64,000 nucleotides of DNA from a virus (lineage: Duplodnaviria; Caudoviricetes). The notes under the pieces were generated by a model. That model made no database searches, had not been told where the DNA came from, and worked only from the letters and a program-made list of their open reading frames with translations. The DNA is taken from the IMG/VR virus record IMGVR_UViG_3300035492_000236. One strand, 5' to 3'. Every line of letters begins with the position of its first letter. The stretch's first letter is position 1. Below are positions 19,943 through 29,289 of the stretch, in pieces. Made by a program: the position numbers and the translations under genes.

Positions 19943-20803
19943 TTAATTCCAGGGGGTTCCGTCGGTCGCGAGGAAGACTTGGCTATCTCCCCGCGGCACG
20001 ACCAAATATGGGATGTTTTGTAACACACTGCTAATCCGACGTTTGGAAGCCTCGATGTCGGGCGTCAGCTGCTTGGTGTAGGGGTACGACATCAGCGGTA
20101 TCGTGCCATCTTGCTTGATGATGATACGAATGCCTTCCACTTCTGCCACCTGCCGCTCAAATTCAGAAGCGGACACCAGCCGGATGTTTTTGACTTCCGA
20201 CAGGATGGTGTTGGCAGCAGCCAAGCAATCTTCCTGATACTCACGACTGTCGAAGTCGTTAGAGCGCACACGGAGTCGGCGGTTGTGGGGAAGATGGTCC
20301 CAGGCCTGCCGATAACGTTCATGTACGGCTTTGAGGTATTCGCTACCACGCTGCTCGATCCGACAATCCTCCGCTCTCCCACGCAGTCGGGTCATGGCCA
20401 CCGTGAAATCGACGTCCAACCATACGGTATAGTCGGGTAAGCTCGCCACCGACTGATCTACTTCATCCATGGCGTGGTTCTGGTACGCGAAGGACGATGC
20501 CAGGTGTCGATCGCAAATCACCACCTTGTTTTGATCCAAGGCAGGCTTAATGACTTCCATCCACAGTTGGTGCCGGGCAGCCGACATCATCAAATACTCA
20601 GACAGTGGGTGGATGGTCTCCTTCACCGACGTGTCCTTAAGGTAACTGCGGATTTGCTCAGCCAGTGGCGTGCCACCAGGCTGGCGACACAGCACAACGT
20701 CGAGCCCTTGCTGTTTGAAGGTCTTCTCCAATCGCCAGCAGAATGTGGATTTACCGGCACCGTCGAACCCTTCGACTACCACAAACATCCCCTTCCGTTC
20801 CAT
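19943..20803 (-). CDS. tmk: Thymidylate kinase with an extra C-terminal domain
   Basis: EGFDGAGKST P-loop, RQPGGT, VICDRHLASSFAYQ, PD.T..LDV, R.EQ motifs; about 80 aa extension after the kinase fold. Confidence 0.9.
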   Translation of the reverse strand: MERKGMFVVVEGFDGAGKSTFCWRLEKTFKQQGLDVVLCRQPGGTPLAEQIRSYLKDTSVKETIHPLSEYLMMSAARHQLWMEVIKPALDQNKVVICDRHLASSFAYQNHAMDEVDQSVASLPDYTVWLDVDFTVAMTRLRGRAEDCRIEQRGSEYLKAVHERYRQAWDHLPHNRRLRVRSNDFDSREYQEDCLAAANTILSEVKNIRLVSASEFERQVAEVEGIRIIIKQDGTIPLMSYPYTKQLTPDIEASKRRISSVLQNIPYLVVPRGDSQVFLATDGTPWN

Positions 20804-21204
20804 TATTCGCTCCTGTATGGTGACATACCCTTTGAAATTAACATGCTGTGTTGGGGCGGATTAACAGCGGTGTAGCCGCGCTCGCCTGGTGTGATGACGT
20901 CCACAGTACAGCAGGACACGTTAGCCAATAGCCAGTCGAACGTCAGTGGTTCGGTCGTGTTGAACAACTGACACATATACTGCATGCCTTCGACGATTGC
21001 GGCTTGTAGCGTCGCATCTTCACGTACTCGGTCCAAGAAGGTCAGCGATCCTGCGAAGTCCAACTGCCAGGACACATGACCAATGACGTAGACTGGCATG
21101 GACGACACCGACCCCAGACATGTAAACAGTTCGCGCCGTAAGTGTTCATCCACAGTGACCGTAAAACTCACCCCGACGCCTAATTTAAACACACACTTTA
21201 ACAT
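20803..21204 (-). CDS. Hypothetical protein
   Basis: ORF coupled to the tmk start; exact start uncertain. Confidence 0.5.
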   Translation of the reverse strand: MLKCVFKLGVGVSFTVTVDEHLRRELFTCLGSVSSMPVYVIGHVSWQLDFAGSLTFLDRVREDATLQAAIVEGMQYMCQLFNTTEPLTFDWLLANVSCCTVDVITPGERGYTAVNPPQHSMLISKGMSPYRSE

Positions 21205-21220
21205 AGGACTAGACTCCCGG

Positions 21221-21895
21221 TTATTTTTGATAGGTATTGAGGATTTCACACACATAGTTGGGGAGTCGTTTGAACGAACCCATCCGTTCAAACATCAAAT
21301 AGTGGGCTTCCAGTTCCCACGGTTTGGCCTTCATCTCAGCCATCATGAACCGAAGTGCAGGTATTGCATCAGGGTAAATGTCAGCATACTCCGCAAGCAG
21401 ACACTCGACCTCACTGGCCTTCATGGCCATTCGCATTTCTTGCCCCTTCCAAACGAAACGTCCGCCTAATACATCAATGAGGAAGTCGCTGCGTGCGATC
21501 TGGTCGATGTGGATGGATTCATGAAACATCACCGAGTCAAAATACGATGGGTCGTCTACTGAGTCAGCGAGAAAGTCGCTTGGGACCACAATGTGAGGGA
21601 CATTGCTCGCCACGTCAAGGGTGACGAATGCTGTAACTTGGTCCAAGATACAATCGATCTGGTAGTCCTTACAAAGCTCACGAAACGCAACACAGTCGAC
21701 GGTGGTCACGTTGCAGCGCTCCAGTCCATTGATGTCGTGCGGGCGACTAAGCAGATCATCCACATGGTGCGGTAAATTAATCGTTGCTAACGACCGGCGA
21801 CGGAAGTCGGCCAGCGACCCACGACTGTCAATGATCGCCAGCTGTTCGCGGGGGATGTCAGCACGCTGCATCGGGGTGGGGGTATAAATGTTCAT
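21221..21895 (-). CDS. Putative zincin metallopeptidase
   Basis: HESIH (HExxH) plus downstream PWELEA third-ligand motif; TATCTTGGAG RBS. Confidence 0.5.
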   Translation of the reverse strand: MNIYTPTPMQRADIPREQLAIIDSRGSLADFRRRSLATINLPHHVDDLLSRPHDINGLERCNVTTVDCVAFRELCKDYQIDCILDQVTAFVTLDVASNVPHIVVPSDFLADSVDDPSYFDSVMFHESIHIDQIARSDFLIDVLGGRFVWKGQEMRMAMKASEVECLLAEYADIYPDAIPALRFMMAEMKAKPWELEAHYLMFERMGSFKRLPNYVCEILNTYQK

Positions 21896-21953
21896 GATGG
21901 GATCTCCAAGATAAAGAAGGTGGTAGGTAGGGCGTCCCCTACCTACCTATGTA

Positions 21954-22565
21954 TCATTGATAACGTTCTGCGTAGAATTCAGGGTTCAGACCGAAAACGC
22001 GCTCGCCTTTGTTGGTCATGCAAACCGGACCCTCGCAGCGATAGTATTCGGTCTGACCAATGGCATTGGCCATCGGTACCGCAAACATCAGGTCATCTAC
22101 GGAAACGTCCTGACCATTGTAAGTGCATTTAACGTCCGTACAATCGACGTCGTAGACGTCTTCACCGATGTACAGGTCGCTACTACCAAACTCGCGCAGG
22201 TAGTTCGTAACTTGCATCGCAGTGTACGGTCCGTATCCGTCCCAGAACGCCACGGTTTCCCCGTCGATAACCGACAATCGGTATTCGCCGGCGACCAAGT
22301 ACAGCCCGGCGGGTGCCCGTCCGAAGGTCTCATTGGAAGCGACCTGGACACAGTCAGTGTTCGGATCGCAGACGACCAGGCTGTTGGTCTCGTAATTAAA
22401 CTCACTTTTTCCCTTTTCCCCAAAGAACGAAATGGTTTTGACGAGAGGGTCGTTGATGTCAGTGCAATACGTCAGTCCTTGGCCGGGAATGCACGGATAC
22501 CACGTCGGGGCAACAGCCGCTACGGAACCGGAGAACGCCAGACAAACGAGTGCAAGTTGTTTCAT
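21954..22565 (-). CDS. Secreted Cys-rich protein
   Basis: Signal-peptide-like MKQLALVCLAFSGSVAA and 8 Cys in four close pairs. Confidence 0.6.
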   Translation of the reverse strand: MKQLALVCLAFSGSVAAVAPTWYPCIPGQGLTYCTDINDPLVKTISFFGEKGKSEFNYETNSLVVCDPNTDCVQVASNETFGRAPAGLYLVAGEYRLSVIDGETVAFWDGYGPYTAMQVTNYLREFGSSDLYIGEDVYDVDCTDVKCTYNGQDVSVDDLMFAVPMANAIGQTEYYRCEGPVCMTNKGERVFGLNPEFYAERYQ

Positions 22566-22577
22566 GTTAAGTCCTTA

Positions 22578-23408
22578 TTACAAAAGAGGGGTGACTAATT
22601 TAGAGAGGTCGGTTATTAACTGTTGCCGATGTTCAGAGCTGCGTGCCGTGTAGGGCGTCACACGACTACCATGCCATTGCAGGTTATCTTGTCGAGTACG
22701 AATACATCGCCAGTTCTCTTCCACCATAAGGTCCGGAAAGTATTGCTTAAGCAGGTCTTCCGGTCTGCCATGTCCCAGCTCTACCGGGTCGTGGAACGCA
22801 AGAGGCGTCCCTTCCAATCCGAGGCTATCAAGGGTACTGGTCAACATAGTGGGACCCACCACGTCCTCCTCCACGTCACGTAGTCGTTGTTCAGAGGTAA
22901 GGTTGCTGTCCCGAAACTCAAACAGCTCACTGAACAGCTCATGCAGGAAATGCTCGCCACTTACGGCGGCTTGACATACCGTACGTGGACCCACATGTGG
23001 CGTGGGGTCATTCATCAATGCTTGCAGCACACAGCGTGGAGTGATAATCTCCGGCGCATGTTCCGGGTAGATGTCGTAGGTGCTGCGACTGCGTCGGGTG
23101 GCACCTATGATCATCTCAATGGTGTTGTTGAAGGCAACCCAGCCACAAGCAGTATGTAGTAACTCACCACGTACCAAAAACCGACAGACGGTCCCATCGA
23201 CGACCAAGTGACGAAAGTAGATGCTCTCATGATTCGAGGTGACCGTTACTTCTCCGGTTTTAACGACCCTCAGCAGGCCTTTACATTGAATCTTGTTGGG
23301 GCGCTGTCCGCGACGGATCATGTCCCGAATCTGTTCGAGTCGCTCTTGATCGATTTCGTAATGGCGACGATATTGCGGTATGCGCTGGACGTTTTTGTAA
23401 AGTTCCAC
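22578..23408 (-). CDS. Hypothetical protein
   Basis: GTG start after gggag, just downstream of a UUCG hairpin and U-tract. Confidence 0.55.
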   Translation of the reverse strand: MELYKNVQRIPQYRRHYEIDQERLEQIRDMIRRGQRPNKIQCKGLLRVVKTGEVTVTSNHESIYFRHLVVDGTVCRFLVRGELLHTACGWVAFNNTIEMIIGATRRSRSTYDIYPEHAPEIITPRCVLQALMNDPTPHVGPRTVCQAAVSGEHFLHELFSELFEFRDSNLTSEQRLRDVEEDVVGPTMLTSTLDSLGLEGTPLAFHDPVELGHGRPEDLLKQYFPDLMVEENWRCIRTRQDNLQWHGSRVTPYTARSSEHRQQLITDLSKLVTPLL

Positions 23409-23433
23409 CTGTAAACTCCCATCGATAAAAAAA

Positions 23434-23451
23434 GAGGAGCCGAAGCTCCTC
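23434..23451 (-). terminator. cUUCGg hairpin terminator
   Basis: gaggagccgaagctcctc plus A7 tract. Confidence 0.7.
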
Positions 23452-23472
23452 GTTAACATGACTATTGCCGCA

Positions 23473-23847
23473 TCATTGGAAATGCGGATTGAACACGATA
23501 TCAACGATTTTGCCGTTCTCACGAACAATGTTGGACTTCATACGTCCAGCGGAAAACCGAGCGCTGGAGAAAATGCCCAGCGTGGCATGCAGACATGCGC
23601 GACTCAGACAGCTGAAGTCGCCCTTACGCACCAGCCCGTTGATGCTGTAAACTGTCTGCCCGAAGTGGATCGTGTGTGACCACTCGACGACAGGCACATC
23701 GTCCAGCCAGCGCATTTCGTTGTTAATGCAACGGCCACGACTGGAAGAGTAGCCAAGTTTTTGGTAGCGGTCCAGTAGGGCTTCCTTACGAGCAACCAGC
23801 TTGCGACCGTTGGACCATTTCATCTTTACTTTGAGGGAATTAAACAT
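23473..23847 (-). CDS. Hypothetical basic protein
   Basis: Start MFNSLK after TATCTTGGAG. Confidence 0.55.
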   Translation of the reverse strand: MFNSLKVKMKWSNGRKLVARKEALLDRYQKLGYSSSRGRCINNEMRWLDDVPVVEWSHTIHFGQTVYSINGLVRKGDFSCLSRACLHATLGIFSSARFSAGRMKSNIVRENGKIVDIVFNPHFQ

Positions 23848-23913
23848 AACGGTATCTCCAAGATAGTGCACGGTATTGTGCAGATGAATCGCATTTTGTA
23901 TGCTGATTCACTA

Positions 23914-23928
23914 GGATGATATATATCT
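23914..23928 (-). promoter_or_regulatory. Early-promoter-like motif AGATATATATCATCC
   Basis: Exact copy of 16638-16652 in an AT-rich intergenic region. Confidence 0.6.
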
Positions 23929-23932
23929 GAGA

Positions 23933-24136
23933 TTATTTTAATTCCAAGAACGCGTGCACCTCGTAACTGACCACCCATGCAACCATAGCGACCAGCCCAA
24001 CTGTACCCCATTTCATTGCACGCATGTCGGACATTGACAGCGCACGCCGACCAACAACGGCAGACAACCAAATGGTGCCGTTAATACCCACCAGTCCGAT
24101 CGCAGCCATCGCTAATACAAACAGAATGTTTTCCAT
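23933..24136 (-). CDS. Small two-TM membrane protein
   Basis: 67 aa with two hydrophobic stretches and SD ggag. Confidence 0.55.
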   Translation of the reverse strand: MENILFVLAMAAIGLVGINGTIWLSAVVGRRALSMSDMRAMKWGTVGLVAMVAWVVSYEVHAFLELK

Positions 24137-24194
24137 AGGAACTCTCCAACAGTAAATAAAAAAAGGACGGTGGAGGGGACAACCCCTCCACCTG

Positions 24195-24590
24195 TTAACG
24201 CTGTGCGAAGTAATCTAAGAAGCCGCCTTCCGGCAGTACATAACTGACTGATTCGTCAGTCGCGATCTGATCCTAGTAGAACTCACAAGCACGTCGGTAT
24301 TTGAAGAACTCACCAGTTTGCAATTCTTCATTGACCTTATCACGCAGTCGACCGATGGCATCATGGACACTGAGTCCATCAAGTATCATCGGGTACCAGT
24401 GACATGTGCCCAATGTACGGCACAAGCGGTCGTGTTCGACATTACCCCCACCAAAGCCATCGATGATGTTCATTGCACACATTGAATCGTACGACAAGAA
24501 AGCGGTGTATCCACCACCATATCACATTTTCGACACATGCAAGGTCATACCCTGCTCATCGAGCAGCACGTCAAAAGGTTGTTTTTCCAT
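24195..24590 (-). pseudogene. 131-codon gene interrupted by in-frame TGA (24522-24) and TAG (24273-75)
   Basis: ATG coupled to the upstream stop (TAATG) with SD gagga; a single frame runs to TAA 24195-97 directly before a terminator hairpin. Confidence 0.6.
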
Positions 24591-24781
24591 TACACTTTCC
24601 TCAAGTTGATGGGTGGGGTGGCTGGGAGGTTGATGCGCTGGCCACGGGGGCCGTCGGGCAGCTTGGTGATGTCTGAAAGTGCTTTCGTGAACTGAAGTAG
24701 GTCAAGCGTCTTAACCTTGTGTACTTGACCCGCGATGCGGAGTTGGACATAATCCGGTCCTTTATATAAAAGTTCAAACAT
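24590..24781 (-). CDS. Hypothetical protein
   Basis: 63-aa ORF in tight operon spacing. Confidence 0.5.
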   Translation of the reverse strand: MFELLYKGPDYVQLRIAGQVHKVKTLDLLQFTKALSDITKLPDGPRGQRINLPATPPINLRKV

Positions 24782-24783
24782 AG

Positions 24784-26760
24784 TTATCTCACAATGTGTT
24801 GGGTTAACAGGTCGAGGTTGCCGACGTATTTCAAATTGTCACTATCGATGAACAACTCCCCATTTTCCAATCCCAGTTGAGACCGCGAGATGTTATACAT
24901 GGCCAGTAACACGATACCGTTAACGGACGTTGGTTTGGGCTTGCGCTTAATCAAATCTTGCAATGCAGTGAATCCTTCAATATTCTCTGGCGATTCAGGA
25001 TCCACACCCGACGCCCACAAACTAACCCGAATCGACGTTTTCACATCTTCATTGAGGTCGCACGTCGGCTGCTCCAACAGTATCAGTACCTGACTGCGGA
25101 TTGCTATGAAGCGCCAGACGGTCTCACAAAGTTGGTACAACGTGTCGGGCCGCCACTTTGCGGTTTTGGTTAGCAACCCTGCATTGAACAAAGTGCTGAT
25201 GCCGACTGTAGTGTGCGCAGGCAAGCTGATAGCATTCTGCCGCAGTCTGTTCCCGAGCCGATCTACGTCGATCGTTAGAGTTAACAGAGCATGTTCACCA
25301 TCGTTGAAGGTCAGCTTACCCTCGCTAGTTACCTCCACCTCAACGCCTGCCATTATCGTAGTGTAAACTTCCCCCGCAATCGCAAGATCATCATTGAATG
25401 TGAGCTCTAACGTCGTTTCGTCCACATCTACCGAGACATGGAAAGCTAGCCGGTCGACGTGCACCATGTTGTACAGTAGAATCGGCAGTACCTCAGGCAC
25501 GAACGTTAGTGTGGATGTAACCATGACCTCCTGGACGATGCCGGGGATCGGCGGGACTTCCCGCACCCTGTCGAGATTGACTTCGGTGGCACTTTCAAGG
25601 TCACGAATCGCCAACTCCTGCTCCACGTAAGCGGCGGCAGAATGTCGCCGCTTGACCACTGAAAGATCTTCCCAACCACTAACCGAGTAACCGATTTGTT
25701 GTGCCAATTGCGCGTAGTCGTTATCGTCACCAGCCGCCCTGAGGTCGTTTAGTGTCCATGGCCCATATTCAACCATGTGTTTGACAATCGCGTTTGGCAC
25801 AAACCGGTAAATGCCGTCCTCGGATACTTGCACGCGCTGAATGGGGTGCTTGGTGGCGCGACGAAACGTCTCGTCACCGGAATACGTCAGCGAAACCTCA
25901 CCATTAATGCGTTCCAGCTGATTGTCAGCTGCGATCCTTGACAATATCGCCTTCCTACATAGCCTCTCCTCGTCAATGTCACAGTCAAGGTGGTCTGGCG
26001 GCCCTAACTGGACTTTGTCGGACGGTCGAGTGGGTGGCGTCACACTATCCGTAAAGAACGGTCCAAATGTACTCTTACGAATATTCGCAAGTTCCAAATA
26101 GGGGACAACTTTCCCAGCGGCCATCTGCTCGAACCGATCGGAGAGCATGTTGAGTCGAGCCGCACTCATCCGAAAGTGATCTGCTGCGGACTGTCCTTCA
26201 GGCAGTGTGTCCTTCAGGTGATGTTTGACCAGCCGACCCGTAGGGCCCAGTGCATACACTTCAAACTCTTCCGGTTGCTCTTCAGTACCTTTGAGATTGG
26301 CGAATAGTGGCAGGAACTGGTCATGGTAGTCAGCACCAGCATCTGTTTGCAGTCGCACGTTATCCGTCAGGTCCTTCAGAGTGATGGGACTGATTTCCAG
26401 GATCTGCGTTTTCGGCTCCAGCAGCAGCAGCTGTCGGTGGCTACGGCCGTAGATGTCGTTGTGTGGCGTGTAAATGAGCGCATCGACTTCTTTGTGAACC
26501 TTAAGATAATTGTGCTCTTGCAGCTCATAGTTATCCCTCGACCGGTGCCAGACGCGAGGATTGGTGACCTGGTACTTGATTTTGTATGCGTGCATACCGG
26601 ATAGCCAAGGCGAAGCCCATTCGTACAAATCGTCCGACAGGTAGAACGTGCCGTCTCGAATGTCGCGATCCAACGTCTCATCGGGATCAACCCAATGGTA
26701 GCCGATTCCAATGTGAGGAACACCTGTCCTAGCATCGTCGAAACAAGTGATGGTTGTCAT
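24784..26760 (-). CDS. Multidomain protein with an N-terminal ADP-ribosyltransferase-like (ART-PolyVal-like) domain
   Basis: GYH..., FYLSDD..A, Y.I...V.NP, DALIY, LLLLEP.QI order matches the ART fold pattern by eye; the remaining about 530 aa are unassigned. Confidence 0.4.
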   Translation of the reverse strand: MTTITCFDDARTGVPHIGIGYHWVDPDETLDRDIRDGTFYLSDDLYEWASPWLSGMHAYKIKYQVTNPRVWHRSRDNYELQEHNYLKVHKEVDALIYTPHNDIYGRSHRQLLLLEPKTQILEISPITLKDLTDNVRLQTDAGADYHDQFLPLFANLKGTEEQPEEFEVYALGPTGRLVKHHLKDTLPEGQSAADHFRMSAARLNMLSDRFEQMAAGKVVPYLELANIRKSTFGPFFTDSVTPPTRPSDKVQLGPPDHLDCDIDEERLCRKAILSRIAADNQLERINGEVSLTYSGDETFRRATKHPIQRVQVSEDGIYRFVPNAIVKHMVEYGPWTLNDLRAAGDDNDYAQLAQQIGYSVSGWEDLSVVKRRHSAAAYVEQELAIRDLESATEVNLDRVREVPPIPGIVQEVMVTSTLTFVPEVLPILLYNMVHVDRLAFHVSVDVDETTLELTFNDDLAIAGEVYTTIMAGVEVEVTSEGKLTFNDGEHALLTLTIDVDRLGNRLRQNAISLPAHTTVGISTLFNAGLLTKTAKWRPDTLYQLCETVWRFIAIRSQVLILLEQPTCDLNEDVKTSIRVSLWASGVDPESPENIEGFTALQDLIKRKPKPTSVNGIVLLAMYNISRSQLGLENGELFIDSDNLKYVGNLDLLTQHIVR

Positions 26761-26810
26761 GTGAAGCTCCTTTTATTTACCGCTACAGTATTAAGTAGGC
26801 GCATAAAAAA

Positions 26811-26832
26811 CTAGGAGACCGAGGTCTCCTAG
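26811..26832 (-). terminator. Intrinsic terminator
   Basis: ctaggagaccgaggtctcctag plus A6 tract. Confidence 0.7.
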
Positions 26833-26859
26833 CATTCGTTTTGATAATATATGTCTGTC

Positions 26860-27963
26860 TTACAGTGGGATGTTTTTCCAGCTGGTTAAGGGTGAGCCGC
26901 TAACTGCATAGCCAAACCTAGACCCATCGAGAAAAGGTGCCAGAAGTGGATCTGACGTTAGATCTATCGTGAAACTGTAGGGTGTGCCTGGATCCGTTCC
27001 GAGTACTGCGCCAGTTACGCTGAGAGTATTCCCGGCTCGAGTGACCGTAACTTCACGTCCAGAAATACCGTCCCAATTATAAGGTCCTGTGGTTGAATAC
27101 TTAATGTCAAGTAACGCGGTGTTTGCTTGTAATGGGTTATATCGGATACCCCACTCTGGCCCGTCAACAACACCCTCAGATACATCGACACGAACCGACA
27201 GCACGTGCTCATTACCTTGCGCATCCATGGCAAACATGGCAACGACATCGACTGGTAATCCGCCATTACCACCAGACTTGATGAGAGTTTTAAATGTGTA
27301 GTGCGTCCCCAACTTGGCTGATACGATGCCAACGTAAGAGCTCGGGTTTGCATCGTAAGTTATTTGGTTATTGACAGCATCGTATTGAAATCCGGTGAGT
27401 TCGCTGGCAATGGCCGGAAAGAGGCCGGAAGTATTGTGTGAGAATCGGTAGCCATCCACAATTAAATCGCTGGGATTCACCATGCGATAATCGGGGAGAA
27501 ATTCGATATTGCCAGTGTAGACCAAGCCATTGAATTGCAGTTGGTAACTGTCAGGTTCTGTATGGGCAACTACCTTGGCTTCATCGCCGACATTTAAGCC
27601 GAACTTGGTAAGCAGATGGAGATGTAAGTCTTGGCTGACTGCAGGCAGTCCCAACGCTCCCGCGAATACGTCCTGGTAGTCAGTGGAATACCGCCGCTGC
27701 GCGCCCGCCACCTGCCCGTCCTGATCAATGAGACTGAATAAATGATCCACGTCGATGCGATCGTATTCGAACGTGACGTAGTCCCCGTCGACCTCAGAAG
27801 GGTCGATTAACAGGTCCACGTCCACCTCAGTGGTGGTTGGCGGCAGTGTGGTCACTAAATTGCGGGTACTGATGTCATCTTTGGTGAGTGGTGGCAGGTT
27901 AGGGTTAGCACTGCGCAACATATCGATGAAGATGTCAGTGGGGTGTCTGGATATATCTATCAT
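26860..27963 (-). CDS. Putative virion accessory protein: Y.RID anchor domain plus TSP-C-like lectin domain
   Basis: N-terminal FEYDRIDVDHLFS like 44541 and 51269; C-terminus aligns with the lectin-like domain of fibres 1 and 3; upstream TATG. Confidence 0.6.
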   Translation of the reverse strand: MIDISRHPTDIFIDMLRSANPNLPPLTKDDISTRNLVTTLPPTTTEVDVDLLIDPSEVDGDYVTFEYDRIDVDHLFSLIDQDGQVAGAQRRYSTDYQDVFAGALGLPAVSQDLHLHLLTKFGLNVGDEAKVVAHTEPDSYQLQFNGLVYTGNIEFLPDYRMVNPSDLIVDGYRFSHNTSGLFPAIASELTGFQYDAVNNQITYDANPSSYVGIVSAKLGTHYTFKTLIKSGGNGGLPVDVVAMFAMDAQGNEHVLSVRVDVSEGVVDGPEWGIRYNPLQANTALLDIKYSTTGPYNWDGISGREVTVTRAGNTLSVTGAVLGTDPGTPYSFTIDLTSDPLLAPFLDGSRFGYAVSGSPLTSWKNIPL

Positions 27964-28064
27964 AACTCAAGCTCCTATGGTGTGTGCATAGGATTTACTT
28001 GGACACACTTACAAAAAAAAAAGAGATGGCACTGCGCCATCTCTATACCATTTACTTTTTTAGG

Positions 28065-28289
28065 TTAAAGATCTTCGTCGATCAGTAGCTGCTCGAACAT
28101 TTCCACGCCGCGATTGCGGATACGATCATGCAGATCCGTGGCCTGTTTATGGTCGATATGGAGTGTATCCATGATCTCTTGGATCTGATTTTCCCGCACG
28201 GTCCAGTCTGCATCATCATCGCCATTAACATCAGTGGCCACGCCGTAAACAATGATATCCAGTATGGCTTCTTTACTTAACTTAAGCAT
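28065..28289 (-). CDS. Hypothetical acidic protein
   Basis: 74-aa ORF with SD aaggag. Confidence 0.55.
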   Translation of the reverse strand: MLKLSKEAILDIIVYGVATDVNGDDDADWTVRENQIQEIMDTLHIDHKQATDLHDRIRNRGVEMFEQLLIDEDL

Positions 28290-28338
28290 GGTACGCTCCT
28301 TGACACATAAAAGGGCGATCCGTAGACCGCCGACAAGT

Positions 28339-28947
28339 TTAGGCTTCTCTTCTTTTTACCTGCGCCAGTTTACTAAGCAGGTTACGATCGATGTTGATTC
28401 GTGCCTTGACCTCAATACCCATCGGGGTGGACAGTTGAGGTGTTTCGATCCAGCAGGCCTCGAATTCATCGTCCGTACTTACCACCGTCTGTGCCGAATA
28501 CAGATCGTAGCGGCGATCAATCGCAGAGGTAACCGCATTGACAAACACCAACGCGTTGTTGAAGAACTCGTTGTCACTTTCGCTAACATGCGTGACGCCT
28601 GCGGCGTACTGACCGTCATGGGTGAGCTTATCGTGCTGATTGATAGTTACCTCCACTGCAAAGCTCACCGGCAGTTCAACACCCAAGTACAACACCGGAC
28701 CACCGATGATGAGTTTGTGTCCATGTGGCGCAAGGCGACCCACACCACCGATCCGATGAATGACGTTCTTTATTTCGGGGCGACATTTGAGGAACTCGAT
28801 GCCGTGTTCGACCGCCTGCAAGATGGCGGCCGTTCGACCACCGCCGTATCCGAGCTGTCGGAACCATTGTCGCATCGCGCGCTCATCGCGGGTCTGATCG
28901 GAAAGGGCATCTTTGACGTACTGGGTGAGTGCCATGTTGAAAGACAT
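28339..28947 (-). CDS. Hypothetical protein
   Basis: 202-aa ORF with SD aagga. Confidence 0.6.
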   Translation of the reverse strand: MSFNMALTQYVKDALSDQTRDERAMRQWFRQLGYGGGRTAAILQAVEHGIEFLKCRPEIKNVIHRIGGVGRLAPHGHKLIIGGPVLYLGVELPVSFAVEVTINQHDKLTHDGQYAAGVTHVSESDNEFFNNALVFVNAVTSAIDRRYDLYSAQTVVSTDDEFEACWIETPQLSTPMGIEVKARINIDRNLLSKLAQVKRREA

Positions 28948-28962
28948 GTGTAATCCTTATAG

Positions 28963-29289
28963 TTAAGCTTCAATGAAAATGGGTGCATTGCACTTACGCT
29001 CAATACACTCCCGCACTTGGTAATGTCGTGTAAGATACAAACGTTTACGTTCAGGGAGTAACCCAGTTTTTCCGAGATAACGAGTCAACCACTCGAACGG
29101 GTACTGTTGTCGAGCTAGTCGCGGGAAGTCACGACGACAGATAAGTTCCGAAATGATGTCCGGCACCTCCATGCCAAAGGTTGTGGCCACATCCCGAATG
29201 ACCATATGGATTTCGTGTAGGTGGTCGGGATAAAGCGCTGCCTGTTTCTTCAGTAACATATCCTTAATCGCCCAGTCTGAATTCGACAA
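28963..29289 (-). CDS. Hypothetical protein
   Basis: 108-aa ORF; start uncertain. Confidence 0.5.
   Translation of the reverse strand: MSNSDWAIKDMLLKKQAALYPDHLHEIHMVIRDVATTFGMEVPDIISELICRRDFPRLARQQYPFEWLTRYLGKTGLLPERKRLYLTRHYQVRECIERKCNAPIFIEA

Noticed and set aside
24195-24590. Genome-wide stop-codon reassignment (code 4 or 15)
   Set aside because: TGA ends genes in ATGA couplings (e.g. 62753, 40730) and TAG ends others (56702, 38148); all long genes are open in the standard code.
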